Source: Dipteris shenzhenensis (taxonomy: Eukaryota). From it: DNA of 64,000 bases. The stretch lies in assembly GCA_047967505.1 (NCBI GenBank), contig CM106538.1; one strand, given 5' to 3'. Under the pieces are notes generated by a model, which did no database searches, was not told the origin of the DNA, and was given only the letters and a program-made list of their open reading frames with translations. Every line of letters begins with the position of its first letter. Positions within the stretch are counted from its first letter, which is position 1. Positions 63,430 through 64,000 of this stretch are shown piece after piece. The position numbers and the translations under genes were made by a program.

Positions 63430-64000
63430 CACTACTACACACGCATCCTATTGTGACGTTTACGTACCGATGATTAGCGCCCGCTTAGCGTTAATCGTCG
63501 GTATAAAAATCGGGTGTCGTAAATCGTCGCTATATAGCGACTTTTACTAAGCGTCGCTATATAGCGACGTTAGTAAAAGTCGCTATATAGCGACTTTTAA
63601 AGGTCGCTATATAGCGACACTGAGACAATATATTATAGCGACATTTTACAGAGAGGTTTTTTCTTTTTTTTAGCCTTAAAATTTATTTTCTTCCAATGAC
63701 AAAATTTTTTAAATTTTCATACATGTTTGAGCTCATAGAGAATTAAAAAATGAGAGCATGTACATCAAGCCTTTGAAGCTCATATATTCATGTCCAAGTT
63801 TGAGATGAGAAAAATCAAATTAAATAAGAGCATTTACATCAACTGTTTCATCTTGAGCCAAGTCTAAGGCGCCAAGCAAGTCTATCTCCAACTCTATACC
63901 GAGTTGATCTCCTATATCATCATCGTACTCTAGCATCGTACGTTCACCTAAAAGTATTTGATCATCTTCTTCAATTAAGCTTAAGTGTGGTGATTGATCT
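63430..64000 (+). mobile_element. CACTA (En/Spm) element left end
   Basis: Starts CACTACTAC exactly where homology to 48451 stops; four palindromic GTCGCTATATAGCGAC subterminal repeats at 63526-63618. Confidence 0.85.

Overview
Repeat-rich eukaryotic DNA, most likely from a land plant (tRNA-iMet PBS motifs, GT-AG introns, a plant-type host gene; the lineage cannot be fixed from the sequence). Only one probable host gene is present (13963-15288). The rest is nested mobile DNA. (1) One Ty1/Copia family with ~352-bp LTRs occurs as four copies, including a near full-length copy carrying a second copy inverted inside its 3' LTR. (2) Other retroelements are a Gypsy/chromovirus fragment, a 2.2-kb Gag-only LTR element, a solo LTR and truncated Copia copies. 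(3) DNA elements include two 246-bp MITEs with 8-bp TSDs and a CACTA left end. (4) A ~10.5-kb satellite has 182-bp monomers arranged as a 546-bp three-monomer higher-order repeat. The most interesting structure is a candidate large cargo-carrying DNA transposon, apparently present as two rearranged pieces that share an identical 24-bp putative terminus. It combines a decayed ~1150-aa Sola-like DDD transposase with En/Spm-like N-terminal domains, the satellite array, promoter-plus-G-rich modules, a ParB/DGQH-like gene, an Ulp1-like protease gene and a small spliced gene. Family names come from motif recognition only, and counts were made by eye.
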